DNA of 64,000 nt. Source: Tubiluchus corallicola (Eukaryota; Animalia; Priapulida). Location: assembly GCA_030141605.1 (NCBI GenBank), contig JAQGDQ010000070.1:248001-312000 (forward strand), given 5' to 3'. The notes under the pieces were generated by a model. The model had not been told where the DNA came from. It saw only the letters and a program-made list of their open reading frames with translations, and ran no database searches. Below, piece after piece: positions 38,446 to 51,840 of this stretch; position 1 is the first letter of the stretch, and each line of letters begins with the position of its first letter. The position numbers and the translations under genes are program-made.

Positions 38446-41400
38446 AAGCTTTAATTATTACCACAAATATTACTCGTATAGTAAACATTCAGTTTCAGTT
38501 TATCGCAGGCGCATGTGTGTTGACTTTATTCAGCTAAATTATCTTATCTAAAGGTTGTATTAATAGCGATGGGTCTCCTGTGCTGACAGATTCCAGGTGT
38601 GGCTTTCTTTTTGAAACAAGTGAACAGTTTTTATTAATCCGCCTAGTGCACTAATGCTCAACAAAATCAAAGAAATATTGGTTCCTAATAATATTAATAT
38701 TGTTGTACTGTCAGATAGTGATGTAACGCATCCCCTGCTTCATGGGAATGCATGCTTAAGCTATAAATGCAAATGTTCAATCCTTCAATATATGCGGGAC
38801 TTTATTAATTGGTTTGTTTGCACAAAGCGTTTTCAAACTTGATAACTAATCTTCTGTGAGAACGTTTTATTCACTAATTTTACTAATGTTTTATTTTAAT
38901 TGTTAAGTGTGATAATCAAACGTGTAATAAGTTTTTACGAAAAAATTAAATAAGCTAATTTTGTGATATTTTTGCGTGAACATTAGGTAAGTCGCAGAAG
39001 TTTGAATTACTTTAAGCAACAGGTGCTTACGGAAAGTCACGGCACGGTTACGAAGAGTCACGAAGTCTGCCAGTTACGTCATGATTTTCAAGTGAATGGC
39101 GGCAACCGACACGCCTGAAAATTTCTATTCAAAGCTATCATATTTTAAATTTAAATTAACTCGCGTATATAGTTACGTTATTCTGCAGCCATAATACAAA
39201 GGTCGCACGCAAAACAATGGCTGTATGAATGTTGAGTACGAAAGTGAAGCTTCTTTCCTCAAACACACTTCGATTCGAAGTCAAAAAGTTGGCTTTCAAA
39301 TTCAATTTGTCAAGACGGCATATATATCGCAGTTCTTACGGCATTTTTTCGATTACGTAAAATCACTAACTTATCAGTGAGTTAGCTAACGTATTACGTT
39401 AAAATGAATGTTTAAAAAATTCATTATATGAAATTTAAAGTAAGTAGTTGGCTTAAAGTCAGTTTTCAGGTTTATAAAAAATTAGATTGCATAGGAACTA
39501 TTATCACCCTATATTAATTAATTAATAATTATTAAATAATTAATTAGCTAGATACCGCATAATTAATGTATTAATACTGTAAATAAATAAACGCTTTATT
39601 TCACAAACATAAATATAAGTACAATTAACAAATCACACACTTAAATAAACATTTATTATTAATATTAATATAATCTACTACTAACATAAATATTAATGGC
39701 AATTTTTTGTTCGGAAAAAGTAATATTCACTTTGTTTACGTATTCACATCTTTGCATAAGTTACGAAAACCAATGCTTCTCAAATTGGAATACAACTTGT
39801 GAACTGCAAAGCATGCTCACGTAGGCGCTGTTTTTCCTTTACGGATAATTAAAAATCTTCCTCGAAACATAAATTATTAATTTTCCGCCACATTCAAAGC
39901 ATGCTAGTGATTAGGCCACACAGCTACTTCTCCTTAGAAATAATTATCTCGGATTTTGGTTGTTGCGTGCGAAACATGTCAGATTACAGATTTCAATAAA
40001 TAAATGATGGGATTTGTGCCTGAAGCTAGGTCTATAACTGTCCCTAGGATCGCATACGTATCACATACAAATTGTATGACAACCACTGGCAATGCGTAAT
40101 TTCAGTAGCCAACTACACCCTGTGACCACTCAAGTATCCTCTAAATTACACTCCTCCCCAAGATGAAATGTGCATTTGAGCTGGTTGCATAATGCATATA
40201 CGTGATCTATTTTTAAAGTTTGTCCTTGTGGTAAAATTGTTTGTGGTGTACTAACGCGGTGTGTTTTGTGCTTTGTGCCAGCTCCTACTATGATTCGCCT
40301 AAAATATGGTGTAAGTCCGAATTTGCTCGCTGAAAAAATTTATTTTAACAACAGTCTTTAACTTGATGAAAAAACAACTTGCAATTGCAGGGACAATTGC
40401 AGAATCAGCTATTCGCTATTATAACTCCGCTCGCCGGAAGCCAATCTCCCAAGACAAGAGAAAAGAATGTTTTGTCTAATCAGAAGCCAAGGCAGGGATC
40501 CCCACGGGTTCTTAGATTTTGCTCGACAAGAAAACGTTGAAAAGGGTTCCCAGGCTCGGAGTTTTTTCTAACAAAGAATTGCATTCCCCCCGCTTTGTGC
40601 TTTTATTGTCTTCCGTGGAGGGTGATTAGCTAGCGTTAATGTTAAGTGACGCAAAATCAGTTTCAACTTTTAACCACGTTTAGCTTCGACTGCGTACTAT
40701 CTTTGTAATCAACATAATTTCGTCGTCTCATGGATCGGATTTACTAGCTGTGGTTATTGACGTATCTTTAGTTTCCCATTCCTTCTCTCCAGTGAGACAC
40801 ACTGCCAGGGTTCATCCAAATTGAAACAACAGTGTAATTTCAACTTTGGTCGGTCAGAACAACAGCCGCAGCTTTTGGGCAGCAGCAGCGGTGCCAGCAA
40901 CAACAATAACAATAACAACATAAATAACAAATAATAAAGCAAAACATTAATAATAACAAAAACAATAACAATGTGATTAATTCAATCTCTGTACGTAGCT
41001 AATTTACAATGAAGCCAAGTTCTCAGTACTGGGTGTAGACTTACATATAAGCAAAGATCAACATAGTTCGCTATCTAATCGTCTTGGTGCTATAAATCTA
41101 CTTTCTTACCTTAACGAGTTGACCAAATTTTTTGATTGTATAATTCATATAAATCAATACAGCTTGAAAAAATTGCAATATTTTGACCATACTGTCATAA
41201 CACGCATACTTTTCTATCGTTAATATCTGACAGTGTTTTAAAAAGAGTTTTTACATTTTCCGTGAATTTTAGTTTCAATGAAATGGCGGTTCTGGGAAAA
41301 AAATTCTGGTAAATGGCAATTTTGGGGAAAAATGTTTCTTAAAAGATATTTTCCTGGGAAGTAGGATGCTCTAGCAAAAATATTTTCGTGAACTTTTTTC

Positions 41401-44123
41401 GGCAGAAAAGTTTTCTAGTAAATAGCCCTTGTGGGAAACAAGTCTACCCCCAATCATAGTCCTGTTTAAAAGCTGATCAGTCACACATGCATCGGAGCAG
41501 ACAAAGTCAGGTGATAATTTATCACGAGCACCTTTCAGTACGCACTGGTCAGTCACACATGCGGGTAATAATCTATAGTTTTTCACATAAGTGAACCAGC
41601 CTACAGGTGTAGTCAAGTGATAAACATGGTCATAATCGGTGATTAGAGTCTGAACAAACTTAGTCTTGCTAAATTTGAGCTTGAATCCTCGTTAAAATAA
41701 TTATTGTGCAGCTTTGGGCGAGTTCACTAATTAGGTTTAAGATTTGTTAGCGGAACTGCTGATAACAAGTTTGTGATTACCTACTCGACAACGGGATTCA
41801 TCAGAGAGAAAGAAATGATTCGTCGTTTTAATCCGGGGTGTTAATCTTTCGGTTTTTTGTCGTTGATAGTTCTTATCGCTGCTACAACTGATTCAATCTA
41901 AGCATTCGACCTGTTCACCTTTGAAAATTCCTCGCTTTTCTCCTGTTAACCTCGTGACGCCATTATTCGATCATGAGACGGCCCTGGCCTAAGATGGTCG
42001 TGACTATGGTGTGATTTTACTAATTGTACAAGGTACGCAGCACAGTTTTATATTGCTGAAACTTTTTGACATTTTCCCGAACGTTAACGTAAGCTCGACT
42101 TCTCAGCAGGATTAACTTTTTCTTTCAGATATTAAATTTGATCGTTTGACGACTTTAACTTAATATCTTGAGCTTGAGCCTGGGTTGCGTAATGAAAGTG
42201 CAATGCTGTCCAATGAACGCATTGTAGTATAGTGGCGTACGAGGCCACTAACACCATATGAGTGCACAGTGAAGCATAGAGTTAACTATCATCTCTATAA
42301 AGCGTTTATTTAGAAAATATGGCAACTAATTGTACATACAATCTAAACAGGAGGCTCTACATATGAAGAAGCCCAGGTTTCTCAGATACAGATACCTTGC
42401 CACAATGTTATAAATAGGGTTATTGACGAACAGCAGAATACAGTATAGAATATAATGTACATAAATAACAAAACATTACATCAAAGCCTCCCAACATTTT
42501 AATGTAATCGTCACATTGAAAAGGTAACAACAGTAGCAGTTAAAGGGCAAGAAAAGGGGTACCTGAGGCAGGTTTCAGAAAAACCGCCTTAAAAATTATA
42601 CTGCTTTACTGCAATTTTATGCGTACCTCGTACTCGCGTTAAAAGATATTTTTGTTTGTTTTCATTTTAAATCTCCTGCAATACTGTTCCAACGGCGCCA
42701 TTACATGACGTCATTGCGCAAACGTAATCATGGGAAGAAAAGGCAATATTAAATTATGTTCCGAAAAACTTGCCATGCAAATCTATATTACTTAGCATTT
42801 CGTTTACCTGCTGGAAAGGCCTATGTAACTAGATATAAAAATTTAAGATGTTTGTGCCAATTGGTAAAATGTCGCTGATTCACCCGCCCGGTGCGCCACT
42901 CACAAACCAAAAACGCACTTTTAATCTTATTGACAAGATACAGTCATTTAAAATTTTACTTAGTTAGCAACTTGTATGCTACGAATGCTCTGATTATTTT
43001 TTCAAACTTTACTCGGTGTTATTTTATTTATCTAAACTTGTTTCAAACGACCGACCATCAAGATGGCTGGGCCTTACTGAGTAACTGGTCATTGCGCGAG
43101 TTTAAATTTACGGGTTTTAAGCAGCGTTACAATCGACTTAAATCCTGTATGCAAAAAGGCAGTGTGTAAGTGGTATAAAATTTCAAGACGAATTGTTTAA
43201 GCTTTATGTGACTGGAAGGTTTCTTATTATTTACTATTACCTTACTATTTCACACTATTTACACGCTTACAAAAATAATGTAATACAATAAGAGCTATCG
43301 GTTTGATTTTCTGTGATCAAGCTTTTACTTTCCTTATAACAAAACAGTTTGTAATATAATTTTAAACTAAATTTGCAAGTTACAATTAATTCCGTTTAAC
43401 AGGAACACAATTTTTTCTGCATCGCGAGATTCATAAAGTTTGGAAATTTTCATTGATATGACAGAGCATTCTGAATAAGGTTGTGTGAGTTAGTATGCTA
43501 TTACATGGCAAAATATGAATCGAATCATTATACGCCAGATCATATAACCATAGAGTTATTAGTACCATCTTTGCGATCATTAAACTGAACAATAATCTGT
43601 AGATATAAACGTAAAAAAGTACTTGCTGCTTCCTTGTCGGTTTTTACCTAAGCTTTGTCGACGCATCAATAATTATCATGGTTCTTTTTCAGCACATGCG
43701 CGGCTAAATGTTCATCTCAAATGACTTGAGACTCGCGGGAGCTGATAGTCGGCGTTTATAGAAAATAGTAACAAAAGTTCTTTAATGCATCATGGATTTA
43801 CTGCGCAGTCCTGAATCAGTCTAAAATAACGTGAAATGTCACAGGAGGTGGCAATTTTCAAGAGCAAACATGAGATTGATGTGAAGAAAAGAAAATTCGT
43901 GTTAACTTTAGTGCAGCTGTTAAAACGTGTTGCTAATTGTGGCCATTATGCAAGGACAACAGCAATAGAAGATACACGACAAGCCAATGTTTTTCTATTG
44001 TGTGGAATTACAATAGCCGGCTTCAGGTAAAATCTAATTTTAGCATAGCGAGTTGAGTTCTGGGCGAAGCCACCAGTGCATGGATTGTGATCACACTTTT
44101 TAGTTACACCTAAGGTTATCGTT

Positions 44124-44400
<277 letters not shown>

Positions 44401-45596
44401 AATCTTTTCATTAAACTTAACACAGATTTTCTACGTAATACATCAAAATACATCACGCGAATTTCAACACTCATCTCACGAGCACTGTAATCATATGCAT
44501 ATCCGAAAAATAATCTTTTTGACACATTGTGCGCAATTTTGAGTTTTAAGATATTACCATTATTAAAATGTCTCCAAGTAGACATGCAATAGAATGTATT
44601 ACAGTAAGCATTAAATAAATATCTTTTAACATCAACAGAACAATAGCTGAATTTTCTAATAAGTTGGTTTGTACGACAGTAGTATAGGGATCTTTACTAA
44701 TAATAATTACCCAGTTGAACATTGGTTGCATTACTCCAATTCGGGGCATGTTTTGCAACATAATTTTGGTTTGAAGCGTTTAGGCCTAATGCACAATTGG
44801 TATTTACAGGGCTGTCTGACCAGCCAGAAACCAAGCTGTCTACATCGAAAACTGCAATTAATGGCATGTGATCACGTACAGTCAGATCATAATTTATATT
44901 AATTATATTAATCAACTTGTTTGCTGCTTCGGTGCATATAATGTGGTCCAACCACGTACATGTGTTGTGAGCTGCACTAACATAGGTAAAGGTTGTTGAG
45001 GGTAGTTGGTTAACATCCGAAATAAAGTAATTATTAGCCGTACAATTATCAGCTAATTCACGAAAAAAGGTCTTTGCTGGATGAGCATTCTAGTCTCCGA
45101 TACAGCAAACATAGCTTGACGTAGTTTCTTCAATATATGCATTAAGTTTACCAAGACAAAGTCTAAAATCATCTAAATTGTCATTAGATTCACATGGAAA
45201 GTACACGTTATAAAAAACAAGAGGCATAAGTTTTCCAGGCAGTTTAATAGAAAACCCCATTATTCTATATTCGCTTTCGTATATCAGAACATTATGTTCA
45301 CCCGGCAGTGATTTTCGCCAGAGAACAGCTAGACCTCCCTGGGGTCTACCATCAAGCAACCCTTTAGACAAATCAGTGGGTGAAACACCTCTCCCATAAA
45401 AAGATGGATGTATCTTAGACAAGTGACCTAAGTCCTGCTTAGGCAACATAGTTTCTTGGAGCAGAATTATATCAAACTCATTACATAGTTCACTTATGAC
45501 AAACTTTGACTCGGAATTAGTGATTGAGTTACAATTGTAACTTACAATTTTTAGAGTTTTTAATACATTGTCGCTATCCATGTCAAGATTTTCCAT
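44401..45596 (-). pseudogene. LINE ORF2 remnant: APE endonuclease fused to the C-terminal region, 3 in-frame stops
   Basis: SYNCNS, LLQET, GRPQGGLAVLWRK, NVYFP, GD*NAH (TAG at 45090-45092), TFTY..TWLDHII, DHMPL; TAG TAA at ~44699-44694; one frame throughout. Confidence 0.85.
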
Positions 45597-46911
45597 CACT
45601 CGAAGCAACAGAACTCATTGAGCCCCAGGAACGTTGATTTGCTGCCAGGAGTGTCAAGCTCGCTTGCGTTGTATGTCCAGCATCGGCAGATTGAGCAGCA
45701 TCAGCCACGGATTGTGACTGATCGCTTGTCTTAGCTGTAGCGTTGTTATGTTTGCCGTCAGATGCAAATTTCGGGGGGAAATATGGCTTAACAAGCACCC
45801 CAGCTGGCCAGATCTCCGGATTCATTATCTGGTCCTTCTCTTCGTTACCGAAGCAGCTAACCACAAATGAACTATACGTATTGTACTTCGTCTGCAGCTG
45901 TTTTACAGTCACCTTAATGTCGCATTGGTCTATAATTAACCGTTCTATGTCACCAGTGTTAGTGTCGGGATCCAGTCGCGTAACGAACAACTGTCGTAAC
46001 GGCTTGCTGGATTTTACCTCACTATTGGTTGCAGTACCAGTTATAACCCGCTTAGATGCTGGCTTTGTTAAAGGAAGTCTGGGGCGTTTACCAGAACGTA
46101 CGACTTTAGTGAAGCCATCACTATCCTTATCTGAATCACCCAGCGTCATCGTCTTTGTGGTAGGTGGCTTATGCGGGATAGACTTTGAAGAGGAAGATAA
46201 CACACCTGCTGACTGGACTACTGAAGAATAGCTCTTCTGCTTTGCTATGGCAATGTTAGAGCTGGCAAAACGTGCATCTAAGATTTCATTTAAGTCCTCC
46301 TTCGTTATGAATTTATCTTTCAATACCGCTAGGTCCTGCTGCACAATTTGAAGTTGTTTTAACAATACTGATGTATCCATTGATTTCAGACTCATTGGCG
46401 GGATGTTTTGAGAGAAAGCGGCCGCAAATCTCGGTGCAGGCGCAGCATTTATTATAGGGCCGTATTGCAATAGCTTCAGTATGTCATTGCACACATTTGC
46501 CTTTTTGGATGGACCAATTCTGTTCTTCACGAATTCTGGATTGTCTGTATTGTCGCGTGGTATAAGACCAATAAGCACCGCTTTCGCCTCATCACATTTT
46601 TCCTCCGAATAAAAGTCATGAATAACCTTTGCCAAATCTACAAATGGCACTCCTGCCTCCAACTGATTTTGAGCAAAGTAATTCAGTTCGTTGTGAATTA
46701 GGCTTATACTGTCATCGTCTGTGTCACTGCATACAGCGTTCTTGCTTACTGAGCCTCTTTCCTGGACATTTTCAACTTGGATGGGTATAATAGCACCTCC
46801 GCTTTCTGATATTCTGGCGTTGTAACATTTGTTACAAAGAATGAGATAGCCAAATTCGATCCTGCTTGACGCGTCAGGATACTTGCGTCTACACAATATA
46901 CATGTTGCCAT
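45583..46911 (-). CDS. LINE ORF1 protein (CxxC..CxxC, coiled coil, RRM-like C-terminus), 442 aa
   Basis: Motifs HNELNYFAQN, IPPMSLKSMDTSVLLKQL, LFVTRLDPDT, QLQTKYNTYSSF, PEIWPAGVLV are typical of invertebrate CR1/L2-group ORF1. Confidence 0.85.
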   Translation of the reverse strand: MATCILCRRKYPDASSRIEFGYLILCNKCYNARISESGGAIIPIQVENVQERGSVSKNAVCSDTDDDSISLIHNELNYFAQNQLEAGVPFVDLAKVIHDFYSEEKCDEAKAVLIGLIPRDNTDNPEFVKNRIGPSKKANVCNDILKLLQYGPIINAAPAPRFAAAFSQNIPPMSLKSMDTSVLLKQLQIVQQDLAVLKDKFITKEDLNEILDARFASSNIAIAKQKSYSSVVQSAGVLSSSSKSIPHKPPTTKTMTLGDSDKDSDGFTKVVRSGKRPRLPLTKPASKRVITGTATNSEVKSSKPLRQLFVTRLDPDTNTGDIERLIIDQCDIKVTVKQLQTKYNTYSSFVVSCFGNEEKDQIMNPEIWPAGVLVKPYFPPKFASDGKHNNATAKTSDQSQSVADAAQSADAGHTTQASLTLLAANQRSWGSMSSVASSDGKS

Positions 46912-47206
46912 TGTCCGTTAATTAGGCGTGATATCACCCCTACACTGATACATGGAAGAAAACACGTTTTACCAGGTAAGTAACGCAAACTTCACAAAAG
47001 AATTATTGCAGAATTTTAGTTTTTCAGAAATATCTTGGCAATCGTTTTTCTTAGAATTCAACCAAGCATTAACCTGGATGCGTTTTTTATTCATGCAGAA
47101 TATGATATAAGTTTCACTTTGCAACTCTCACTATAAATATATTAAATTAGCTCGAATATACAGAGACGATGTACACACACCACTGCTATTCACAGACAGC
47201 AGACTC

Positions 47207-47210
<4 letters not shown>

Positions 47211-47256
<46 letters not shown>

Positions 47257-47463
47257 GGACAGAGAGAGAGAGAGAGAGGAGGGACAGAGAGAGAGAGGGG
47301 AGACAGAGAGAGGGGGGCAGAGAGAGAGAGAGAGACAGAGAGAGAGAGAGAGGAGGGACAGAGAGAGAGAGAGAGGGGAGACAGAGAGAGAGAGGGGAGA
47401 CAGAGAGAGTGAGAGAGAGAGAGAGAAAAAGAGAACGGAAGAGAGAGAGAGAGAGAGAGAGAG
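47211..47463. repeat. (GA)n microsatellite abutting the LINE 5' end
   Basis: Direct reading. Confidence 0.97.
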
Positions 47464-47780
47464 ATTATTATTATTATTACTATTAAAAATCTTTATTCAA
47501 AATGATACAATAAGCCCTCTATTTGCTGGGCACATAAGTACAAAAATGTTAAATAAATGTTTACATTACGTACATTAAATAAATTTTTACATTACATTCT
47601 TCACAGTTACCAATTTTTATATACGTAAATAATCTTATGTTGATATCATTCGTATTTAAACAGTAGAGTCGGAATCATCTACTTGCAGCCATGATGATGC
47701 ACAAATCAGACAAAATCCGATCATAGCTGTAGCGTGCAGGATTAACAAGTTTCATTAGCTGTGGCAGTAACTCTGACTAG
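47464..47780 (-). mobile_element. Possible 3' end of a second LINE with AATAAA and (TAA)n tail
   Basis: Minus strand: YSYDRILSDLC-like remnant, AT-rich UTR, gaataaag, then (taa)n directly joined to (TC)n. Confidence 0.4.
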
Positions 47781-49923
47781 AAATATAAAGCTGATATGAT
47801 GGCGATTAATAAATAATGTGAAAGTCGTGATCGCATTGCACCAAGAAACAATTTTTGATAAAGAGAAGTCACAAGAAACTAATCTTACCCGAATAAAATC
47901 TTCTTTGCCAAAAATATTTGTTTTTGTTCATGTAGGTCTATAAAGCTGATATAAGCTTTTTCGTAAGCTGATATAATAACCTCTCGCAAGCCTTTAACTA
48001 AATAAAATTTAGCCATTCTGGTCTTTCGCCACACCGTCTCACTGCAATTTTAGTGAATTGTGTATGGTGAAATACTGGATATGTATATGAAATGAGACAA
48101 TAAAAAAAATTAATCTAAATTTAGATATAAATCTAGCTGTGAATCTGACTTCAAAGGAAGGAAATCCTTATGAAGTAGGCAGCTTTTAGCATTATCCTAA
48201 GACGCAGCAATCCTCTTTAATCCATCACTAAAATAATGAAGCTGCATTTAGACAATTAGGTGGGTACAGATAGCTCCAAGCAAAAAATGGCACCTAAAAC
48301 AAAGTGCAAGAGAATTTTCCTCTTCAGATTCTCATAGAATATGGTTTCATGTACCTACAACAAAAAATCGGACCAAAATCGGCTTTGGTACGTTTGAGAT
48401 ATATCCATAAATCTAAGATGGCGCCTACTAGATGAAAAATATGTATTATTGACTGATAGGAAAGTGCCCCCTGAGGATTCCTAAAATTATGGTCGTTTTT
48501 ATCTATGACATCACTACTATGGTGTAATTAAGAACATTACTGCTTCATGGTTGTCGAAAATGGGTCACTGAAATTGCTTTTTCATTATCAGTGACTTGCA
48601 ATAGTATTCAAAAACAGGTGCCTGGTGGTGATCTTGGGCTGAGATTTTAGTTTTCTGGAAATAGGAAGAATTGGGCTACGCGACAGTGGGTGTGGGTCAC
48701 TTTTAGATTGGCCTCTACCAGGAAGAGCGACGATGAGGTGATTGGAATTTCCATTTTGGGCGATTTTCGTTTGGAAAACTACCGACGCAAAGCCATTATT
48801 CTCTGCGGGCCCTTTGCTAGAATAATATTAATTACATGAACGTGAGAAAAGATTGGTCATTTTGCATTCACCCCTTTGAATGATGGGAGCTTTTGAAGAA
48901 TTTTAGTTTGAAGAATTCTTGAAATTCTGAACTAAGACCTTAGTTCAAAATGGAAGTATTTACTGTCTATGGCACTAATATACTATGGTTATATTTGACA
49001 TTTTATCTTTGATAATTTTAAACTCCGCATCACGAAATTCGACCTTGGTGTACTCGACATTTGCTGGGTCACGGTCAATGAAAAGTTATTTATTATTAGC
49101 TCTGCTATTATGTGGTAATATTACTCATTGGGTAATCGTTTGTTCTTGTATTCTGTATTGACTCAGTGACGAGTAGCTCGATAGAACATTAAGCATAGCA
49201 TCATGTAAGAAAAAAAGTGTAGTGGTAAAGTAAGACGTTTTGACGATTAAACAACAAAAAGACTCCGTGTCAATACACAGCAGAATTAATCCACAGAAAA
49301 CGAAATTAAATTATCTGTGTAAAAGTTTTAAAAATGCAACTTAGTAAGAATATATTGAGGCGCAATCCTGTAGTAGAACCCTGACAAACGTAGGCAAACA
49401 AAAGTAAATAACAACAAGCAAAAGTATTAAACACCCAAAAGATTCAAAGCTTCAATTTTCAGGGTTGCGCTTTCACGTTTGGCTGTAGATTAAATTAGGT
49501 ATTCGATTTCAATTAATTGTGAAATAAAAATATAGATTTGTCCGCAGCGTTTTTCTAAACTTCTCTGAAAACCAAAAAGAAAATCGCAAGAGTGCGAGTG
49601 GCTTTATTATCTAGGATTAAAGTACTAAACAGACAAATAACCTCATAGACTGCTGTTAAGCGGCTATTAACTGCAACATTTTAATTATATTGCCCTGCAT
49701 GTCCGTCAAGTGTTATAATTGCGATCAAACTAGTGAAGCTAATGAGGCTGTAACCACACTTCATCCTTGTAGTGACAACCTGCATAGCATGGTAAATTAC
49801 CAATTTGGAGCTTGTATGTAGTTAACTAGTGTAGCCAGAAAACGTTCTCATTAAAGGTGAGAGGGGGAGGAGAGAAAAAGAAAAAGGCAAAGAGACAATA
49901 CGCTAGAAGTTCAAAAAATCTGG

Positions 49924-50072
<149 letters not shown>

Positions 50073-50380
50073 GGCGAAAACTAGAAGGGCAAGGAAAACG
50101 CAAAGATGACACGGTTGTTGGGTTGAACTAATCTTACCAGACGGTGAAGCCATATCTTTGTTTGCTAAAGTGAAAGGTTTTCCATTGTTTTCCATTGATT
50201 AATAATGTTTGCCAAACTCGTAAAAAATCCTCTAGTGCTTAACAACAAGAACAATAGAGCAATCATACAACAGCTATACAGCATACAGTTCTGTTGTCAC
50301 ATTGCATGCTTTTAGTTTCACGTTTGTTGTGTTTTGTTGCAGGTTTAGGTTGTAAATGGCACACTAAAAATCAAACGAAA

Positions 50381-51730
50381 ATGGAAACCAATACGAATCT
50401 GAATCCCAATGATGTACGAAGCCCCTACTTCATGCCCAATAGAGGACTTTCTACAGGAGCCATGATGTCAATGATAGTGTCATTGGGAGCTCTTACGCTT
50501 CTCACTATTCTTGGTAATTTGTTAGTAATAGGCGCCTACATTTTGGATAAAAGACTGCACAAATTTAACAGTTTATTTATTGTGAGTTTGGCCGTCGCCG
50601 ATGGCATTGTGGGATTGTTGGTGATGCCGCTCAGTCTAGCATACGAGGTCACTGGACGATGGATTTTTGGAGACGTCTTGTGCGAATTCTGGCAGTTACT
50701 TGATGCTGTGTGCTGTTCTAGTTCAATACTTAATCTTTGCGTAATAAGTGTTACTCGTTATTGGTCGATAACGAAGCCATTAGATTATATTACCCATATG
50801 CAGACAAACACTCGTGCTGCTATGCTCATTGGTTCTGCTTGGACGATTTCCATTATTTTGAATTTACCCCTATCGCTGGGTTGGCAGCAAGAAAAGACCT
50901 ACTCTCCTTATCAGTGCCAAATAGTTAAGGAGGGAAGTTACGTGGTGTATACCGCTTTCGCAACGTATTTTATCCCCCTAGGAATGATGCTATATGTTTC
51001 CGGGAAGATATACTTGGCGGTTAGCAAACGTTATCACAAAACAAGGAATAGGAAAGTAGCACCTTTTCAAGACGAGCACGCCAGTTTAGACGTGACGGTT
51101 GGTGACGAGTTTGAATTGCATCAAAAGAAGTTCAATGAAAGTAAACTAGATGTAACGAAGCAAACAGTAGGTTCGATTTACGTGACTGAAATGCCTACAA
51201 ACGTTGCAAGTGTTTCAAGGGGGCAAACGAGTCAGGTTGCTTCAGTTCCTCAAGACAATATCACCTCCAGTTTTGCTGCAAATACCAAAACACTAGTTAA
51301 TGATCCGTCGCCTTTACAAAGCCTGTCAGCAGCAAAACCGCCATTCGTGGTGGATGGAAATGATCGAGGATGTCTTCCCAAAAAACCGCGGCCTGATAAA
51401 AAGTCTACAGAACTCACGTTATGGACAAACAGCGACGCTAGAAGGGTTGAAAACAGAAAAGCTGTGAGGACCATACTGGTGCTAATAATCACATTTTTTC
51501 TGTGCTGGACGCCATTTTACATTTTGTATTTCATCAAACCATTTTGCTCAGTTTGTAATCACGCGCCACCTTCTGTAATAACTGTTGTTGTTTGGCTGGG
51601 TTATGCAAATTCGGCCATTAATCCTATTTTGTACGCGTATTTAAATCCGCCATTTAAAAACGCTTTTTACAAAGTTTTAACAGTGATATCGTGCAAAAGT
51701 AATCTTCCTTTGCGACGATTTACACAATAA
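50381..51730 (+). CDS. Class A aminergic GPCR (5-HT1/tyramine/octopamine/dopamine-like), single coding exon, ~449 aa
   Basis: GNLLV, SLAVADGIVGLLVMP, W-I-FG..C, D3.32 (LLDAVCCSSSILNLC), TRYWSIT, FIP, CWTPF, WLGYANSAINPILY. ATG at 50381 follows acceptor ttgcag at 50342; the frame is open back to the acceptor. Ligand not assignable. Confidence 0.93.
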   Translation: METNTNLNPNDVRSPYFMPNRGLSTGAMMSMIVSLGALTLLTILGNLLVIGAYILDKRLHKFNSLFIVSLAVADGIVGLLVMPLSLAYEVTGRWIFGDVLCEFWQLLDAVCCSSSILNLCVISVTRYWSITKPLDYITHMQTNTRAAMLIGSAWTISIILNLPLSLGWQQEKTYSPYQCQIVKEGSYVVYTAFATYFIPLGMMLYVSGKIYLAVSKRYHKTRNRKVAPFQDEHASLDVTVGDEFELHQKKFNESKLDVTKQTVGSIYVTEMPTNVASVSRGQTSQVASVPQDNITSSFAANTKTLVNDPSPLQSLSAAKPPFVVDGNDRGCLPKKPRPDKKSTELTLWTNSDARRVENRKAVRTILVLIITFFLCWTPFYILYFIKPFCSVCNHAPPSVITVVVWLGYANSAINPILYAYLNPPFKNAFYKVLTVISCKSNLPLRRFTQ

Positions 51731-51840
51731 ACTGACTTCCAGTGTTCCAAGTTTCGTAACAGTAGTTTTTTTCACATGTGCGAATTTTTGTTCATCAACT
51801 TCCGCAGCTTCGTTGTTGTAAGATTCATTGTACAATAAAA

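Larger units (their letters stand above)
44401..47210 (-). mobile_element. CR1/L2-group non-LTR retrotransposon with internal deletion of the RT domain
   Basis: 5'UTR ~47210-46912, intact ORF1, ORF2 endonuclease, then directly the ORF2 C-terminal region (RSLYYCRTNQLIRKFSYCSVDVKRYLFNAYC..SAREM..FDVLRRK); no YADD/RT motifs. Confidence 0.88.

Noticed and set aside
45743-46231. 162-aa plus-strand ORF
   Set aside because: Antisense shadow of LINE ORF1
50294-50380. ORF-track N-terminus of the GPCR starting at TTG 50294
   Set aside because: Non-ATG start inside an intron pyrimidine tract upstream of the 50342 acceptor
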